A stretch of 10,202 nt of DNA from Arcobacter sp. (GTDB lineage: Bacteria; Campylobacterota; Campylobacteria; Campylobacterales; Arcobacteraceae): the NCBI GenBank assembly GCA_965662175.1, contig CBFIGT010000082.1, forward strand, positions 1 to 10,202, written 5' to 3'. Below are positions 8,344 to 10,202 of this stretch, piece by piece (position 1 is the stretch's first letter; each line of letters starts with the position of its first letter). The position numbers and the translations under genes were made by a program. The notes beneath the pieces were generated by a model that saw only the letters and a list, made by a program, of their open reading frames with translations, had not been told where the DNA came from and did not search any database.

Positions 8344-8561
8344 CACAACTTCATCAAACTTTTAAATTTTATCTCAAGTTTTTCAAAATCAGTTTTATTT
8401 ATAGTACCAATTTTTCTATCTAATCTTTTTACATCAAAAGTTTTAGCTTGAACCAATAATGCACTACTAGTTTTATCATCCAAAAAACTAAAATTATAAA
8501 AGAAAGTACCTTGTGTTCTTTTCTTAACTTCATTCCACTCATCAAAAACTTCACAACTCAC
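8343..8561 (-). pseudogene. PemK/MazF-family toxin remnant with an in-frame internal deletion
   Basis: The N-terminus FDEWNEVKK and the C-terminal half G.FFYNFSF..K.SSALLVQAKTFDVKRLDRKIGTI..DFEKL...FKSL match a PemK-like subfamily as I recall it. The middle part with the catalytic RPVLV strand is absent and the ORF is only 72 aa. The GTG start overlaps the radC stop (GTGA). Confidence 0.7.
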
Positions 8562-9220
8562 AACACTCCCTCCTCTTTCAAACTAACAAATCCATCATTT
8601 GTAAATATCACATGATCAAGTAGTTCTATTCCTAAAATTTTTCCACTCTCTTTTAATCTTTTGGTGACATTTATATCTTCATGGCTGGCTTCTAGGGTTC
8701 CGCTTGGGTGATTGTGGGCTACTATTATGCTTGCACATCTTTGTTCTATCGCATAAGAAAACACTTCTCTTGGATGAACTAGACTTTGATTTAGGATTCC
8801 TATTGTTATTATTTTTGTATCTATTAGATGATTTGCTCCATCTAAATATAGGGCTAAAAAGTACTCTTGTTGTTTGTTTTTAAACTCTTTTAACTCTAGA
8901 AAAATATCATTTGGTGTTGTTATTTTGGTGTTGCTGTTTTTTATCAAGTATCTTCTACAAAGTTCAACGGCACTTATTATTTGTGAGGCTTTTGCATTTC
9001 CTAAACCATGTACTTTGAGAAGTTTTTCTAAGTCTATGGTTTCAAAATCTTTGTTTAAAAGTGATTCTATCTCACGGGAGAGTTTCATCACATCTTTACC
9101 TTTAATTCCTGTTCCTAAAAGTATAGCTATTAGTTCATAGTTTTTTAAGGCACCTAAACCATACTTTAGTAATCTTTCTCTTGGTTTATCTATTTTATGG
9201 AGTTCGGATATTGTTTTCAT
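8558..9220 (-). CDS. radC: RadC family protein (UPF0758, JAB/MPN domain)
   Basis: 220 aa. KPRERL, ELIAILLGTG, HhH-like GLGNAKA, VHPREVF and the JAB metal motif HNHPSG..S.ED..LLDHVI. SD AGGAG lies upstream. Confidence 0.95.
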   Translation of the reverse strand: MKTISELHKIDKPRERLLKYGLGALKNYELIAILLGTGIKGKDVMKLSREIESLLNKDFETIDLEKLLKVHGLGNAKASQIISAVELCRRYLIKNSNTKITTPNDIFLELKEFKNKQQEYFLALYLDGANHLIDTKIITIGILNQSLVHPREVFSYAIEQRCASIIVAHNHPSGTLEASHEDINVTKRLKESGKILGIELLDHVIFTNDGFVSLKEEGVL

Positions 9221-9226
9221 GGACTT

Positions 9227-9286
9227 CTCCTATAAAAAGGAGTTTATCTTTTTTTTATTGGATATTTTAAAAACATTTCAAAATGT
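9227..9286 (-). promoter_or_regulatory. Putative radC promoter and 5'-UTR with SD-occluding hairpin
   Basis: Minus-strand TAAAAT at 9269..9264. The UTR contains CTCCT-TTTTAT-AGGAG (9242..9227), which pairs with the SD. A small dyad ACATTT-CA-AAATGT is at 9273-9286. Confidence 0.35.
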
Positions 9287-9393
9287 AATATTTTTTATTA
9301 TTTTTATAGTTTTATTACTTATTTACTAGTTGCAATAATGCTTAGAAAATTTTATTTCATGATATAAGTAAATCTAATAATACTTTTATGAAT

Positions 9394-9427
9394 TTTAAGC
9401 ATACTTTAATCTTCTTAGCTATACAAT
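9394..9427 (+). promoter_or_regulatory. Putative sigma70 promoter of the peroxiredoxin
   Basis: TTTAAG (9394), TTTAAT (9405) and CTTAG (9414) recur at about 10-bp intervals, followed by -10 TACAAT (9422-9427). This architecture is typical of Campylobacterota promoters. Confidence 0.55.
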
Positions 9428-9437
9428 ACATTTTATC

Positions 9438-9465
9438 AAAGGATAAAAATTATCCTTTAAAAGGA
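9438..9465 (+). promoter_or_regulatory. 5'-UTR hairpin and Shine-Dalgarno of the peroxiredoxin
   Basis: AAAGGATAA-AAA-TTATCCTTT (9438-9458, 9-bp stem), followed by SD AAGGA (9461-9465) 6 nt before ATG 9472. Confidence 0.55.
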
Positions 9466-9471
9466 AATAAT

Positions 9472-10182
9472 ATGGCTTGCGATACAGGTGTAAAAAAAAG
9501 AAAAGATAATGAGGCTAACAATGATAGCCAAAACACAAATAATACAGAAACAAAAAAGGATAAAAAAATGAGTTCAACTATGGTACAAAGATTAATGCCA
9601 GATTTTAAAATGGATGCATACGATGCAAAAACAGGTCACTATACAACAGTTTCAAGTGAAGATTATATGGGGAAATGGGCAGTTGTATGTTTTTACCCTG
9701 CTGATTTTACTTTTGTTTGTCCAACAGAAATTGCTGCTATGAATGCTCACTATGATGAGTTTCAAGAATTAGGTGTTGAGATTTTAGCTGTATCAACTGA
9801 TACAAAATTTTCTCACAAAAGATTTGTTGAGACTGAGCCTATTTTAGAGGGTTTAAAACTTACAATTGGTGCTGATACAACAACTGCTGTTAGTGAAGCA
9901 TTTGGTGTTTTAATCGAAGAAGAGGGAATGGCATTAAGAGGTAGATTTTTATTTAATCCTGAGGGAATTTGTGTAGCTCAAGAGGTTCAAGCTCCTATGG
10001 TTGGAAGAAATGTAAATGAGTTCTTAAGACAAGTTAGAGCTTGGCAACACGCAACAGCAACAGGTGAGGTTTGTCCAGCTGGTTGGAGACCTGGTAAAAA
10101 AACACTTCCTGTAAATACTGATGTTGAAAAAATGACAGGTAGAGTTGGTGATTATATCACTCTTGAAGAGATTTTATCTTAA
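9472..10182 (+). CDS. 2-Cys peroxiredoxin (AhpC/Prx1 family, PrxU-like, Cys form) with N-terminal extension
   Basis: Peroxidatic motif FYPADFTFVCPTE (TGT 9718-9720) and resolving motif GEVCPAGW (TGT 10072-10074). Start moved from 9388 to ATG 9472 because of the SD and the upstream promoter. An alternative SD-led ATG lies at 9568. Confidence 0.93.
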   Translation: MACDTGVKKRKDNEANNDSQNTNNTETKKDKKMSSTMVQRLMPDFKMDAYDAKTGHYTTVSSEDYMGKWAVVCFYPADFTFVCPTEIAAMNAHYDEFQELGVEILAVSTDTKFSHKRFVETEPILEGLKLTIGADTTTAVSEAFGVLIEEEGMALRGRFLFNPEGICVAQEVQAPMVGRNVNEFLRQVRAWQHATATGEVCPAGWRPGKKTLPVNTDVEKMTGRVGDYITLEEILS

Positions 10183-10202
10183 ATCTTTTTTTAAATGGGG
10201 AT

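Noticed and set aside
241..9140. Short opposite-strand ORFs (241-546, 1555-1791, 2259-2453, 2287-2487, 7328-7594, 7417-7689, 8874-9140)
   Set aside because: They are antisense shadows of well-supported genes, F/S/L/I-rich as expected from reverse-complemented K/E-rich coding DNA, and have no recognisable motifs.
8241..9237. 10-bp inverted repeat TTTTATAGGA (8241-8250) / TCCTATAAAA (9228-9237) flanking pemK-radC as mobile element ends
   Set aside because: It is short and AT-rich, one copy is the radC SD region, and there is no transposase or target duplication.
9330..9392. Fur/PerR-like box upstream of the peroxiredoxin (AATAAT-rich)
   Set aside because: It is biologically plausible, but no convincing 7-1-7 dyad can be distinguished from the AT-rich background.
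9388..9471. Longest-ORF start at 9388 for the peroxiredoxin
   Set aside because: It has no SD and lies upstream of the putative -10 box. ATG 9472 has a good AAGGA.
1..10202. CRISPR array, integron attC cassettes, tRNA or IS element
   Set aside because: I saw no regularly spaced repeats, no RYYYAAC..GTTRRRY paired sites at gene ends, no cloverleaf, and no transposase or integrase ORF.
10183..10202. Start of a terminator after the peroxiredoxin (ATGGGGAT)
   Set aside because: It is cut by the window edge, so the second arm cannot be seen.

Overview
AT-rich bacterial window. The protein content and promoter style suggest Campylobacterota (Arcobacter/Sulfurimonas-like), which is an inference. 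Two + strand flanking genes, a 5'-truncated double-OB-fold NrfJ-like protein (2..619) and a PrxU-like 2-Cys peroxiredoxin (9472..10182), enclose a minus-strand defence-like block: radC, an internally deleted PemK/MazF toxin remnant, then hsdM-hsdS-yhcG(DUF1016)-hsdR (Type I restriction-modification). No integrase, tRNA or CRISPR array is visible. The most unusual signals are: (i) a near-consensus sigma70 promoter (TTGACA-17-TAAAAT) driving a structured RNA convergent into the 3' end of the orphan pemK gene, a candidate RNA antitoxin or antisense module; (ii) two homologous 27-bp dyads with compensatory changes inside yhcG, exactly 60 codons apart; (iii) two in-frame SD-ATG starts and alternative 5'-UTR hairpins for the peroxiredoxin.
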